This document shows positions 9,781-18,854 of a stretch of 64,000 nucleotides of DNA, in pieces. Under the pieces are notes generated by a model. It had not been told where the DNA came from, searched no databases, and saw only the letters and a list, made by a program, of their open reading frames with translations. How positions within the stretch are numbered: the first letter of the stretch is position 1; the number at the start of each line of letters is the position of its first letter. Position numbers and translations under genes: made by a program. Origin of the DNA: an uncultured Planctomycetia bacterium (GTDB lineage: Bacteria; Planctomycetota; MHYJ01; WSZJ01); the NCBI GenBank assembly GCA_963706735.1, contig CAVPNQ010000161.1:14756-78755 (forward strand). Reading direction: 5' to 3'.

Positions 9781-10659
9781 GTGCGCAGCATGACCGGCCA
9801 CGGACAGGCCCGCTCTCACGACGCGAAAGACGCCGTCGAGGTCGAAGTCCGCAGCGTCAACCACCGCTTCCTCAAGGTCCACTCCCGTCTCCCCGATGCC
9901 TTCGCCTACCGCGAGGGCGAAATCGAGGAACTCGTCCGCGAAACGCTCAAGCGCGGCGCCGTGGACGTCGATATCCGCGTGACCAGCGCCCCCGACGAAG
10001 CCGCCGAACCGTTCGACGTCGAACTCCTCGGCGTCTATCACAAGAAACTCAAGGCCGCAGGCAAGAAGCTCGGCGTGACAACCAAGGTTCCCCTCGAAGC
10101 CCTTCTCACCCTCCCCGGCGTCATCAAGCGCGAGTCAGGCAAGAGCGGCGCGGAACGCGTTTGGCCGAAGGTCGCCAAGGCCGTGAAGGAAGCGCTGAAG
10201 GACCTGGAAGCGGCGCGGAAGCGCGAGGGCGAGCGGCTGAAGAAGCCGCTGAAGGCGATCCTCGCGGAGATGGCGCGGCTGCTGTCGGAAGTCGGCTCGC
10301 TGGCGCCCGCGGTCGTCGAGCAGTACCGCGACCGGCTGAAGGAGCGGATCGCCCGCCTGCTGTCGGGGAACGACCCGCCGATCCCCGCGCCCGACCTGGG
10401 CCGCGAGGTGGCGCTCTTCGCAGACCGCTGCGACATCAGCGAGGAAATCGCACGTCAGGAGTCGCATCTCAAGGAATTCGACAACCTCATGGCGTCGGGG
10501 GACGACCCCGGCCGCCGTCTGGATTTCATCAGCCAGGAAATGCTGCGCGAAGCGAACACGATGGGCTCGAAGGCGAACGACGCGCGGCTGACGCAGCGGA
10601 TCGTGTCGATGAAGGCGGAGATCGAGAAGCTCAAGGAGCAGATTCTCAATATCGAATGA
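9781..10659 (+). CDS. yicC: YicC-family stress-induced protein
   Basis: N-terminal RSMTGHG, a long helical middle region, and a C-terminal DUF1732-like EMLREANTMGSKAND motif. Confidence 0.9.
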   Translation: MRSMTGHGQARSHDAKDAVEVEVRSVNHRFLKVHSRLPDAFAYREGEIEELVRETLKRGAVDVDIRVTSAPDEAAEPFDVELLGVYHKKLKAAGKKLGVTTKVPLEALLTLPGVIKRESGKSGAERVWPKVAKAVKEALKDLEAARKREGERLKKPLKAILAEMARLLSEVGSLAPAVVEQYRDRLKERIARLLSGNDPPIPAPDLGREVALFADRCDISEEIARQESHLKEFDNLMASGDDPGRRLDFISQEMLREANTMGSKANDARLTQRIVSMKAEIEKLKEQILNIE

Positions 10660-11240
10660 GCGGGAAGGCTCACGAAGGGAGGCTCATCGTCATCTCCGGC
10701 CCTTCCGGGGTCGGCAAGACCACGATCTGCCATGCCCTTCGAGGACGCGGACGGATCGTGCGCTCGGTCAGCTCGACGACCCGCGCGCCACGGCCCGGCG
10801 AGGTGAACGGACGGGACTACTTCTTCCTGACGCGTGAAGAGTTCGTGGCGAAGCGGGAGAAGGGCGGATTCCTGGAGTGGGCCGAGTACGCGGGGAACCT
10901 GTACGGGACCCCGAAGGACTTCATCGAGGAGCAGACGCGGGCCGGCAATTTCCCGCTTCTGGAAATCGAAGTGCAGGGGGTCGAGCAGTTGAGGAAGCAG
11001 GGCTGGCCCGGCGTGTACGTGTTCATCGCGCCGCCGTCGGTGGACGACCTTCGGAAGCGGCTCGAGGGGCGCGGGAACATGCCTGCGGACGTGATCGAGA
11101 GACGGATCAAGGTGGCGGAGGAGGAATTGAAGCGGAAGGACCTCTACGATTTCGCGGTCGTGAACGACACGGTGGACCGCGCGCTCGCCGAAGTCCTGGA
11201 AATTCTGGACACGAAACTCAAAGTGAGGAGCCATCCGTGA
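10656..11240 (+). CDS. gmk: Guanylate kinase
   Basis: P-loop ISGPSGVGKTT, the SSTTRAPRPGEVNGRDYFF motif, and an ATGA overlap with yicC. Confidence 0.95.
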   Translation: MSGKAHEGRLIVISGPSGVGKTTICHALRGRGRIVRSVSSTTRAPRPGEVNGRDYFFLTREEFVAKREKGGFLEWAEYAGNLYGTPKDFIEEQTRAGNFPLLEIEVQGVEQLRKQGWPGVYVFIAPPSVDDLRKRLEGRGNMPADVIERRIKVAEEELKRKDLYDFAVVNDTVDRALAEVLEILDTKLKVRSHP

Positions 11241-11464
11241 TCGCAGCAAAGATGAAGATCGAGGACGCCATCCGCAAGGCGGGCGGGCGTTTCAAGCTGA
11301 CGACGCTGATCCAGAAGCGTCTGCAGGAACTGAACAAGGGAGCGCCGGCGCTCGTCGAGATGCCCGGGAAGCCGATGATCGATGTCGTTCTCGAGGAGAT
11401 CCTGACGGACAAGATCGCGCTGGTGACGGAGCAGGAGCTGAAGGACACGCTGCTTCAGGGCTAA
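11237..11464 (+). CDS. rpoZ: DNA-directed RNA polymerase omega subunit
   Basis: Small protein ...GGRFKLTTLIQKRLQELNKGAPALV..., in the conserved gmk-rpoZ order. GTG at 11237 overlaps the gmk stop and is preceded by gaggag. An alternative ATG lies at 11252. Confidence 0.85.
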   Translation: MIAAKMKIEDAIRKAGGRFKLTTLIQKRLQELNKGAPALVEMPGKPMIDVVLEEILTDKIALVTEQELKDTLLQG

Positions 11465-11493
11465 CGCATTCCGCGGCGCGGAGCGCCGCCCCG

Positions 11494-11580
11494 TTCCCGT
11501 GCGCGTGCCCGTGCCCGTGCCCGGCCGTTCCGTGCAAGCAACGGCCGGGCACGGGCACGGGCACGGGCACGCGCACGGGG
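11494..11580. repeat. Hexamer tandem-repeat hairpin H2: (GTGCCC)3 facing (GGGCAC)4
   Basis: cccgtgcgc-gtgccc x3-ggccgtt / loop ccgtgcaagc / aacggcc-gggcac x4-gcgcacggg. No U tract follows. Confidence 0.85.
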
Positions 11581-11614
11581 CGTCGCTTTGCGGTGCTCGT
11601 GACACGGAGGGCTC

Positions 11615-12190
11615 GTGACGGTCCCGGCCAAGCGCATCGTCATCGGCGTCTGCGGCGGCATCGCCTGCTACAAGGTGTGCGATGTCGTGTCGCTGCTTTA
11701 CCAGAAGGGCTTCGACGTCACCGTCATCATGACCGAGGCGGCGCAGAAGTTCGTGAGGCCCTTCACGTTCCAGACGCTCTCGCACAAGAAGGTCTACACG
11801 GACCTCTTCGACGAAACGCAGCACGACCCGAGCCACATCTACCTCGCCGACAACGCGGACCTGTTCCTCATCGCGCCGGCGACGGCGGACATCATCGCGA
11901 AGCTCGCGGTGGGGATCGCCGACGACCTGCTCTCGACCTGTGCGCTGGCGCTCAAGGCGCCGCTCATGCTCGCGCCGTCGATGAACGACAACATGTGGAG
12001 CCACGCGACGGTGAAGACGAACCTCGCGACGCTGGGATCGCGCGGGGCGCTCGTCGTCGCGCCCGACTCCGGGTACCTCGCGTGCGATCGGGTCGGCACC
12101 GGGCGGCTGCCCGCGCCGGACGTCATCGTCGCCGCGGTCGAGAAACTGCTCGGGCCGGGGCCGGGGCGCGCGTTCACCGCCGGGAAATAG
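11615..12190 (+). CDS. coaC: Phosphopantothenoylcysteine decarboxylase (CoaC domain as a separate ORF)
   Basis: Flavoprotein motifs IVIGVCGGIACYK and LIAPATADIIAKLA. Ends ...TAGK-TAG. Confidence 0.85.
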   Translation: MTVPAKRIVIGVCGGIACYKVCDVVSLLYQKGFDVTVIMTEAAQKFVRPFTFQTLSHKKVYTDLFDETQHDPSHIYLADNADLFLIAPATADIIAKLAVGIADDLLSTCALALKAPLMLAPSMNDNMWSHATVKTNLATLGSRGALVVAPDSGYLACDRVGTGRLPAPDVIVAAVEKLLGPGPGRAFTAGK

Positions 12191-12195
12191 CCGAA

Positions 12196-12816
12196 GTGCG
12201 CCTCCTCATCACCGGCGGCCCCACCCACGAGTACCTCGACCCCGTCCGCTGCCTCACGAACCCTTCCACGGGCCGCATGGGAATGGCGCTGGCGCGGGCG
12301 GCGGCAAAGCGCGGGCATGCGGTGGTGCTGGTGACGGGGCCGACGATGTTCCGCGACCCGAAGGGAGTGCGCGTCGTGCGCGTCGTCTCGGCGCTGGACA
12401 TGGACCGCGCGGTGCGGCGCGAGTTCGGGCGGTGCGACGCGATGATCGGCAGCGCCGCGGTGTCGGACTACCGGCCGGACAAGGCGGCGACGAGCAAGAT
12501 CAAGAAAGGCGCCGCGACGATGACGCTCCGGCTCGTGAAGAACCCCGACGTGCTGGGCGGCTGCGGGGCGCGCAAGGGGAAGCGGCTGCTGGTCGGCTTC
12601 GCGCTGGAGACGGACTGCGGGCTGGAGAACGCGGCGGACAAGATGCGGCGCAAGCGGCTGGACCTTGTGGTGCTGAACGGCCCGGAGTCGTTCGGGGCGA
12701 ACCGCATCGGGCCGACGTTCCTGACGCCGGACGGCAAGAGGCGTGCGTTTTCGCCGATGACGAAGGACCGGCTGTCGGGGCGGATCGTGGCGTTCCTGGA
12801 ACGCGCTCGGTCTTAA
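12196..12816 (+). CDS. coaB: Phosphopantothenate-cysteine ligase (CoaB domain as a separate ORF)
   Basis: GTG start 5 nt after the coaC stop, in a different frame. Motifs LITGGPTHEYLDPVRCLTNPSTGRMG and AAVSDYRP. Confidence 0.85.
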   Translation: MRLLITGGPTHEYLDPVRCLTNPSTGRMGMALARAAAKRGHAVVLVTGPTMFRDPKGVRVVRVVSALDMDRAVRREFGRCDAMIGSAAVSDYRPDKAATSKIKKGAATMTLRLVKNPDVLGGCGARKGKRLLVGFALETDCGLENAADKMRRKRLDLVVLNGPESFGANRIGPTFLTPDGKRRAFSPMTKDRLSGRIVAFLERARS

Positions 12817-13109
12817 CGGTCGAAAACGCCCTGCATGATGTTCATGCCGGCGATGACCGAAGAGAAGACCACCACGAAGTAGGGGCCGATCCGGTCGGCG
12901 ATCTTCACGGGCGTGTGAACCACCGCCAGGGTCCACGCCAGCAGCGCGGACGGCACGCTGATCACCAGGAACTCCGCGTGCATCGTGCGGCACATGTGAG
13001 GGATGAGCGGGACGGCGAGCGACGCGAGGAAGCACAGGACGTAGAGCCGCGGAACGAGCCGGGAGGGCGTCGAAGCGGGGGGCGCGGCGTGGGACCGGAA
13101 AGTGGCCAT
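12813..13109 (-). CDS. Small hypothetical membrane protein (about 98 aa)
   Basis: From MATFRSH..., three hydrophobic segments. The upstream part of the listed 166-aa ORF looks non-coding. Confidence 0.45.
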   Translation of the reverse strand: MATFRSHAAPPASTPSRLVPRLYVLCFLASLAVPLIPHMCRTMHAEFLVISVPSALLAWTLAVVHTPVKIADRIGPYFVVVFSSVIAGMNIMQGVFDR

Positions 13110-13164
13110 CGCCGGGCATTGTATTCCTCCGGCCCACCCCCACTCCAGCGGGCAATCGCGTAGC

Positions 13165-14481
13165 ATGTCGGCGATGAGCCCGCGTCGCTTCTGCACGGTC
13201 TTCCTCGTTCTCTGCCTGGGCGGTTGCGGCGGAAAGAAGCCCGCCGCGGCGCCGGCGCCGCCCGCGCAGACGCCCCAGCCGCTTCCCGAAATCGACGCGG
13301 GCGAGCTGTTCACCGGGGCGCTTCCCCAGGGAATCCAGGCGCGGGTGACGCGGCGCGAGTACGCCGGGTACCAGCAGGGCGGGACGTTCTTCGTGGACGG
13401 GGGGTTTCAGTTCTTCCTCACCGTCACGAACGGCACGGCGGCGCCGGCGCGCGCGCGGTGCCCGAAGCATCTGCTGGGGACGTTCGAGAAATGGACGAAC
13501 CCGTATGCCGGGGAGGCGCGCGCGCCGGAGCACCTGTACCTGATGATCGTGCGCGAAGGGGAGCTCAGGATCCCGGCGGGCGGGGAAGCGCGGGTGGAGA
13601 TCAGGGAGGTGCGCTACCTCGGCAACACGAACCGCCCGCAGCCGGCGGGGGAGGGGACGGAGCCGGAGCTGAAGATCGCCGTGCCGCCGGCGGATTCGCC
13701 GTACGTGCGCGTGGCGGAGGCGCTCGAGCAGGCGCGGCCGCCGCTCAAGCCGTGGTTCCACGGGCTCGCGTACAGCCTCATCGCCGACGCTTCGCCCGAC
13801 GCGATCCAACGCGGCCGCGTGCTCGCGTGGGAGTGGGCCGGCATCGCGGCGCTGCGCGACGTGTTCGACCGCGTCGGCGTGAAGCCGCGGCTTTACGAAG
13901 TGTTCGCGGAAGCCGATGCGAAGCGGAACGGGATCCTCGAGAAGCTGCGCGCGGCGACGGACGCGGGGGCTGCCCTGCAGGCCATCGACGCCCGCTCCTG
14001 CGAGGGCGACAGCGAGGCCGCGGTCGCGTTCGCGGCGTTCCTGAAGCCCGAGGAGCGCCGCGAAGGGACCTCGATGATCCCGCGCGCCCTCGGGAAGCTC
14101 AACGTCCGCGATCCGCGCGTCCTCGAAGCGCTCTTCCGGTTCGCGCTGCGCGATGGCGACGAGTTCAGCCGGATGGAAGCGGCGATCGCGGGCGCGCAGC
14201 TGGGAGACGCGCGGTGTATCCCGCTCCTGGTGCAGTACAGCCGGAACCCGGCGATGGCGGACGGCGACGTCGCGCAACTGGGGATGCGCTGCACCGGCGT
14301 GCTGTTGGACCTGTGGCTCGCGCAGGGGAAGTTCGTGCGCGACGGCGACTGGAAGGCGGCGATCCAGCGTTTCGGCGGGATGGACGCGCCGGACCTCAAG
14401 GGCATTTCCCCAGAAGACCGAGCGGAGCTGAACGCTTTCCTCGAGTCCGGGAAGAACCTCCGGCGGAAAGCGGAGAAGTAA
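13165..14481 (+). CDS. Hypothetical lipoprotein with C-terminal HEAT-like repeats
   Basis: Lipobox FLVLCLGGCGG, a Pro/Ala linker, then helical repeats (RDPRVLEALFRFALRDGD..., NPAMADGDVAQLG...). Confidence 0.6.
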   Translation: MSAMSPRRFCTVFLVLCLGGCGGKKPAAAPAPPAQTPQPLPEIDAGELFTGALPQGIQARVTRREYAGYQQGGTFFVDGGFQFFLTVTNGTAAPARARCPKHLLGTFEKWTNPYAGEARAPEHLYLMIVREGELRIPAGGEARVEIREVRYLGNTNRPQPAGEGTEPELKIAVPPADSPYVRVAEALEQARPPLKPWFHGLAYSLIADASPDAIQRGRVLAWEWAGIAALRDVFDRVGVKPRLYEVFAEADAKRNGILEKLRAATDAGAALQAIDARSCEGDSEAAVAFAAFLKPEERREGTSMIPRALGKLNVRDPRVLEALFRFALRDGDEFSRMEAAIAGAQLGDARCIPLLVQYSRNPAMADGDVAQLGMRCTGVLLDLWLAQGKFVRDGDWKAAIQRFGGMDAPDLKGISPEDRAELNAFLESGKNLRRKAEK

Positions 14482-14482
14482 C

Positions 14483-16204
14483 GTGGAGCGGCTACGGAAA
14501 CTGCTGAATGCCTGCCGCGAACGGCGCTGGGTCCGCGTCTGCGCCGCCGCCGTCTTCCTCCTCGCCGCCGCCGGCGTCGTCCATGTCGTCTCCCAGCCCG
14601 AGGGCCCGCGTTTCGGTACGTCGCTCACCGCCCTGCGCTTCTGGCCTGTGATCGGAAGCGTTGCTCTCCTCTTCGCCGTGTGGGTCGCGCTGTGGGCGGC
14701 GACGCACCGGGCGAAACTTTCAGCGGTGCTGCTGCTCGTGCTCTGGGTGCCGCCGGCGATCGCGAACGCGGCGAAGCTGGCGAGCCTCGACCTGCCGCTG
14801 CTGCCGCTGGACCTGCACCGCACGGGCGACGTCGCCGCGGTCTTTCACGCCGACCTCGTGCGGCCGGGCGGCTGGCTCAAGCTCGCGCTCCTGGTCGCGC
14901 TCGCCGCGCCGCTCGTGATGTCCTTCGCGGTAATGCCGTCGCCGCAGCGTCGCCCGCGCACCCGGATCATCGCCGGCGTCGCCGCCGCCGCATTCCTCGC
15001 GTCGCTCTTCCTCCCCGCGACCAACGTGTTCGCCCGCACTTTTCCGAGACTCAGCTGGGACGCCCGCGCCACCTGCGAGCAGAACGGCTTCGTCGTCTTC
15101 CTCGCCATGAATTGCCCCGTCGTCCGCGCCCAGGAGCCGCCCGGCTACGGCCCGGAAGCGGTCGCGCGGATCGTCGCGGCGCTGCCGCCGTCCACGGCGA
15201 AGACGAGCGACCTCCGCCCCAGCGTCGTCGTCATCCTCAGCGAGTCGTTCGGCGACCCGACGGAAATCCCCGGCCTCGCGTTCGACGCCGACCCCGTCCC
15301 CACCCTTCACGCCCTCCAGCGCGACTTCGGCCGCCTCGACCTCGTCAGCCCCGTCTTCGGCGGCCTCACCTGCAACGCCGAACTCGAAATCCTCACCGGC
15401 CTCAGCATGCGCTTCTTCCCCGAGCCCAACGCCGCCTGGGTCGATTCCGCGACGCGACCGGTCCCGTCGCTGGCTTCGATCCTCCGCGCCCGCGGCTACC
15501 GCGCCCTCGCGCTTCACGCCATCGCCGGCATGCACAACAGCGCGCAGATTCAACCGTTGCTGGGGTTCGAGAAGTGCCTCCCGCCGGAAGAGTGGGCGTT
15601 CCGCGACAAGATCGACGGCTGGCGCGTCTCCGACGACTCCGCGACGCGCGAGATCATCCGCCGCTCGCGCGAGCTGCCGCGGCCGTGGCTCCTCAGCGTG
15701 AACACGATGGAAGGACACTCGCCGTACGACGCCGCGAAGTACGGCGGCGCGTCGTGCGGCATCCGCTTCACGAAACCGTTCTCGCCCGAAGCACAGGAGC
15801 TGCTCACCGCCTACGCCGTCGGCCTCAACCGCGCCGACCGCGCCCTCGCCGCGCTCATCGAGTCGTTCCGCGACACGAAGGAGCCCACCCTCGTCTTCTT
15901 CTACGGCGACCACCGCCCCGAACTCGGCGACAACCTCAAGGCCTGGCGCGAAACCGGCCTCGCAGACCAGGGCAGCGCTTCACTCCCCATGCGCACCGTC
16001 CCCGCCGTCCTCTGGAACAATTTCGGGAAGCGGCTGCCGGAGTTCAGCGGCCCCGTCGGGATGTCGCGCGTGCTGCCGATGCTGCTCGACCTCGCGGAGA
16101 TCGAGAAGCCCGCGCACGTCCGTGTCGTGGAGCAGGCCGACCCCGAGGACTGCCGGCTCATGCAGTACGACCTGCTGTTCGGGGAGCAGTACTTCGCGCG
16201 CTGA
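14483..16204 (+). CDS. LTA-synthase/sulfatase-family (alkaline phosphatase superfamily) membrane protein
   Basis: About 5 N-terminal TM helices, then a sulfatase-type domain (VVVILSESFGDP, NTMEGHSPY, FFYGDHRP). Confidence 0.8.
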   Translation: MERLRKLLNACRERRWVRVCAAAVFLLAAAGVVHVVSQPEGPRFGTSLTALRFWPVIGSVALLFAVWVALWAATHRAKLSAVLLLVLWVPPAIANAAKLASLDLPLLPLDLHRTGDVAAVFHADLVRPGGWLKLALLVALAAPLVMSFAVMPSPQRRPRTRIIAGVAAAAFLASLFLPATNVFARTFPRLSWDARATCEQNGFVVFLAMNCPVVRAQEPPGYGPEAVARIVAALPPSTAKTSDLRPSVVVILSESFGDPTEIPGLAFDADPVPTLHALQRDFGRLDLVSPVFGGLTCNAELEILTGLSMRFFPEPNAAWVDSATRPVPSLASILRARGYRALALHAIAGMHNSAQIQPLLGFEKCLPPEEWAFRDKIDGWRVSDDSATREIIRRSRELPRPWLLSVNTMEGHSPYDAAKYGGASCGIRFTKPFSPEAQELLTAYAVGLNRADRALAALIESFRDTKEPTLVFFYGDHRPELGDNLKAWRETGLADQGSASLPMRTVPAVLWNNFGKRLPEFSGPVGMSRVLPMLLDLAEIEKPAHVRVVEQADPEDCRLMQYDLLFGEQYFAR

Positions 16205-16224
16205 CGTTTCCCGTGGCCGCCCGC

Positions 16225-16448
16225 GGGTTGCGCGTTGGGAGTTCCGGAAGTTGAGTTCGGGGTTCGGAGTTCAGCGTTCAGGGTTCGGTTGGGGTTTCGA
16301 GTGCGTTCGTGGTCCGGAGTTCCGGGACGGCCGGGAAGCCGACCCCCAACTCACCCAACAACCCCCCACCCCCAACTCCAAACCGAACCCCAAACTCCGA
16401 ACTCAGAACCCCGAACTCAACTTCCGGAACCCCAACCCTCAACCCCCT
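16225..16448. repeat. Palindromic intergenic element H3 with GTTCGGR-type repeat arms
   Basis: The left arm ...gagttccggaagttgagttcggggttcggagttcag... pairs with the right arm ...ctcagaaccccgaactcaacttccggaacccc... The centre is about 60 nt. Confidence 0.85.
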
Positions 16449-16522
16449 CCGCTCGTTGCCCACCGCCACTCTTTCTCTTACAGTCCGCCCTCGCCGCCAA
16501 CACCACCAAGGAGACCCCCCTC

Positions 16523-17545
16523 ATGCGCCGCTTCCTCATTCCTTCCCTTCTTCTCCTCGCCCTCGCCGCCGGCTGCGGCAAGTCCGATTCGTCCAGCTCT
16601 TCGTCGTCTACTCCCTCGCAGAAGACTCCCGAGGAGGCCTGGAAGGGAATGCGCGATGCGTTCCTGGCGAAGGACGCGAGGGCGCTTCTGGCCACGCTCT
16701 GCGACAAGTCGCGAAAGGAGCTGGTGGAGACGGTAGGGAAGGAGAACGTGGAGCGGATCAAGAAGTCGTCGGAGGAGGATCTGAAAAAGGCGGCGGAGAG
16801 CCTGGGGACGACGCCGGGCGACCTGAAGTCGGCGGACGCCGAGGGGTTCGTGCTGATCGTGCTCAAGCAGATGATGAACGACGCCGACGAGCGCAAGAAG
16901 CTCGAGGGGACGAAGTGGAAAGAAGCGCGGATCGGGGAGAACAAGGCGATCGCGATCACGATCAATCCGGACGGGACCGAGGACAGGGAAGCGCTGGTGA
17001 AGGAGGGCGGCACCTGGAAGATCGACAAGGCGGAGACGGACCGCCTGAAGGCGGGCGGGACTGAGGAGTTGGACAAGCCCGCGACGCCGCCGCCGTCCAC
17101 CGGGTCGCAGAAGACGCCCGAGGAGGCGTGGAAGGCCATGGTCGAGACGATCCGCTCGAAGGACGCGCGCGGGCTGTGGAAGGCGATCTGCCGGAAGTCG
17201 CAGAAGGCGCTGACCGAAGGCGAAGGCGCGAAGAACATCGAGCAGCTGAAGAGCATGCCGGACGACCAGCTGACGCAGGTGATCGCGGAGTGGATGGTGT
17301 CGGTGCCGGATCTCCGGAAGATGACGAACGAGGAGATCATGATCGCGTCGTTCAACGGCGTGGTGCGCGACGAGAAGTCGCGTGAAGAGGCGCTGGGCTC
17401 GAAGTGGAAAGGCGTGACGGTCAGCGGGGACACGGCGGTGGCGACGACGGTGAAGCCGGACGGCAAGGAGGAGAAGACGGCGCTGGTCAAGGAGGACGGG
17501 ACGTGGAAGGTGGACCTGGAGGAGACGGAGAAGCTGAAGGAGTAG
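16523..17545 (+). CDS. Lipoprotein made of two tandem homologous domains
   Basis: Lipobox LLALAAGCGK. The two halves both begin SQKTPEEAWK(G/A)M...KDAR and end KE(G/D)GTWK(I/V)D..ET(D/E).LK. Confidence 0.7.
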   Translation: MRRFLIPSLLLLALAAGCGKSDSSSSSSSTPSQKTPEEAWKGMRDAFLAKDARALLATLCDKSRKELVETVGKENVERIKKSSEEDLKKAAESLGTTPGDLKSADAEGFVLIVLKQMMNDADERKKLEGTKWKEARIGENKAIAITINPDGTEDREALVKEGGTWKIDKAETDRLKAGGTEELDKPATPPPSTGSQKTPEEAWKAMVETIRSKDARGLWKAICRKSQKALTEGEGAKNIEQLKSMPDDQLTQVIAEWMVSVPDLRKMTNEEIMIASFNGVVRDEKSREEALGSKWKGVTVSGDTAVATTVKPDGKEEKTALVKEDGTWKVDLEETEKLKE

Positions 17546-17585
17546 AGGAAGAAACCCTCCCACTTCATTCCGCCCTCCACCGACG

Positions 17586-18719
17586 TCAGGCGCGGACCCC
17601 TGCCGGCAGGCAAACGGTGACCTCCAGGTCTCCAAATCGTTTCTGGCTCGCCCGCTCGGCGGACGGCGTCACCAGGTAGTTGCGTCCCTTGGGATAGGCG
17701 CCGCGGAAGACCCTGAGCGCCGAGGCATCGAAGGCCTGGGAATTCCACTTGCACTCGACGACGTCCACTTCGTCCCGCGTCCGCGCCAGCACGAAATCCA
17801 CTTCCCGGCCCTGTTTGTCGCGCCAGTAGCGGATGGGCTCATCGGTGAAGCGCGCCTGCAGGCTTTCGAGGACGATGTGTTCCCACAGCGCGCCGCAGTC
17901 GTCGGGGCGGAGCGGCTCCCAGCCGCGGGCCCATGTGACGAAGCCCGTGTCGAAGGCATAGACCTTGGGCTGCCTGATGATTTCGTTCTGGCCGCCGCCG
18001 TGGAATGGCCGGACGAGGGTGACGGCGTGGGTGATCTCCAGCGCGCGCAGGTGGCTTTCGACGGTCGGTCGGGTGATGCCCACGGCGCTGGCGGCGCGGG
18101 TCGGCTCGAACTGGCCACCGCTCTGCCGCAGGCAGTATTCGAAGAAGGCGTTGAAGCGGTTCACGTCCCGGAACCCGAACAGGCGCTGAATATCGCGCGC
18201 GAAGAACGAATCCAGCCACTCGCGGTAAAGCGACGGCTTCTTTGTCTCCGACAGGAGGGCGGGCGGGAGTCCGCCGTGAAGGAGGCGTCGGGAGAGCGAT
18301 TCGACGCCGAAGGCGGGCAGTTCTTCGAGGAGCACGGGCAACAGGTGCACGAGGCGTTTGCGTCCTGCGAGGGTGTCGCGGAACTTCCGGCTCGCCGCCA
18401 GCGTGGATGAACCGATGGCGAGGATCTTCAGCCGGGGGAAGAGGTCCGCGCCGATCTTGAGCAGTCGCGCCGGATCGCGCAGTTGGTGGATTTCATCGAA
18501 GACGACCACGGGTTTCTCGCACGAGCGGAAGAACAACTGCGGATCGCGTACCAGCTCCTCCACGGCAGGAAGGTCGCAATTGACGTAGAGCGCGCGTTCC
18601 GGACCCAGCGACTCGGCCAGCGTCGTCTTGCCGGATCGCCTCACACCGCACAGCCACGCGATGGGCGCTTCGCGCCACGCTTCCTCGATCCGTCGCCGCC
18701 AGAAGGGTCGCTCGACCAT
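17586..18719 (-). CDS. AAA+ ATPase with DUF4143-type C-terminal domain
   Basis: Walker A GVRRSGKTT, Walker B VVVFDEIH, and a C-terminal restriction-endonuclease-like EVDFVL motif typical of the AAA_14/DUF4143 family. Confidence 0.85.
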   Translation of the reverse strand: MVERPFWRRRIEEAWREAPIAWLCGVRRSGKTTLAESLGPERALYVNCDLPAVEELVRDPQLFFRSCEKPVVVFDEIHQLRDPARLLKIGADLFPRLKILAIGSSTLAASRKFRDTLAGRKRLVHLLPVLLEELPAFGVESLSRRLLHGGLPPALLSETKKPSLYREWLDSFFARDIQRLFGFRDVNRFNAFFEYCLRQSGGQFEPTRAASAVGITRPTVESHLRALEITHAVTLVRPFHGGGQNEIIRQPKVYAFDTGFVTWARGWEPLRPDDCGALWEHIVLESLQARFTDEPIRYWRDKQGREVDFVLARTRDEVDVVECKWNSQAFDASALRVFRGAYPKGRNYLVTPSAERASQKRFGDLEVTVCLPAGVRA

Positions 18720-18854
18720 GAGGGCTCAGTATACGTGTAGTCTTACCAAGCGTAAAGTACGATAGCGTATTCTGCAGCCCGGTCCTGAGGCTGTGGGATA
18801 GTTCGCGAGATCAGCCCTTCCCCTGGCGGGCCAGGCGGCGATGGAAGCGCCTCT

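Noticed and set aside
11494-11580. An ordinary rho-independent terminator of rpoZ
   Set aside because: The stem is far longer than usual, is built from tandem hexamers and is not followed by a U tract. It may still impede transcription, but it is not a canonical terminator.
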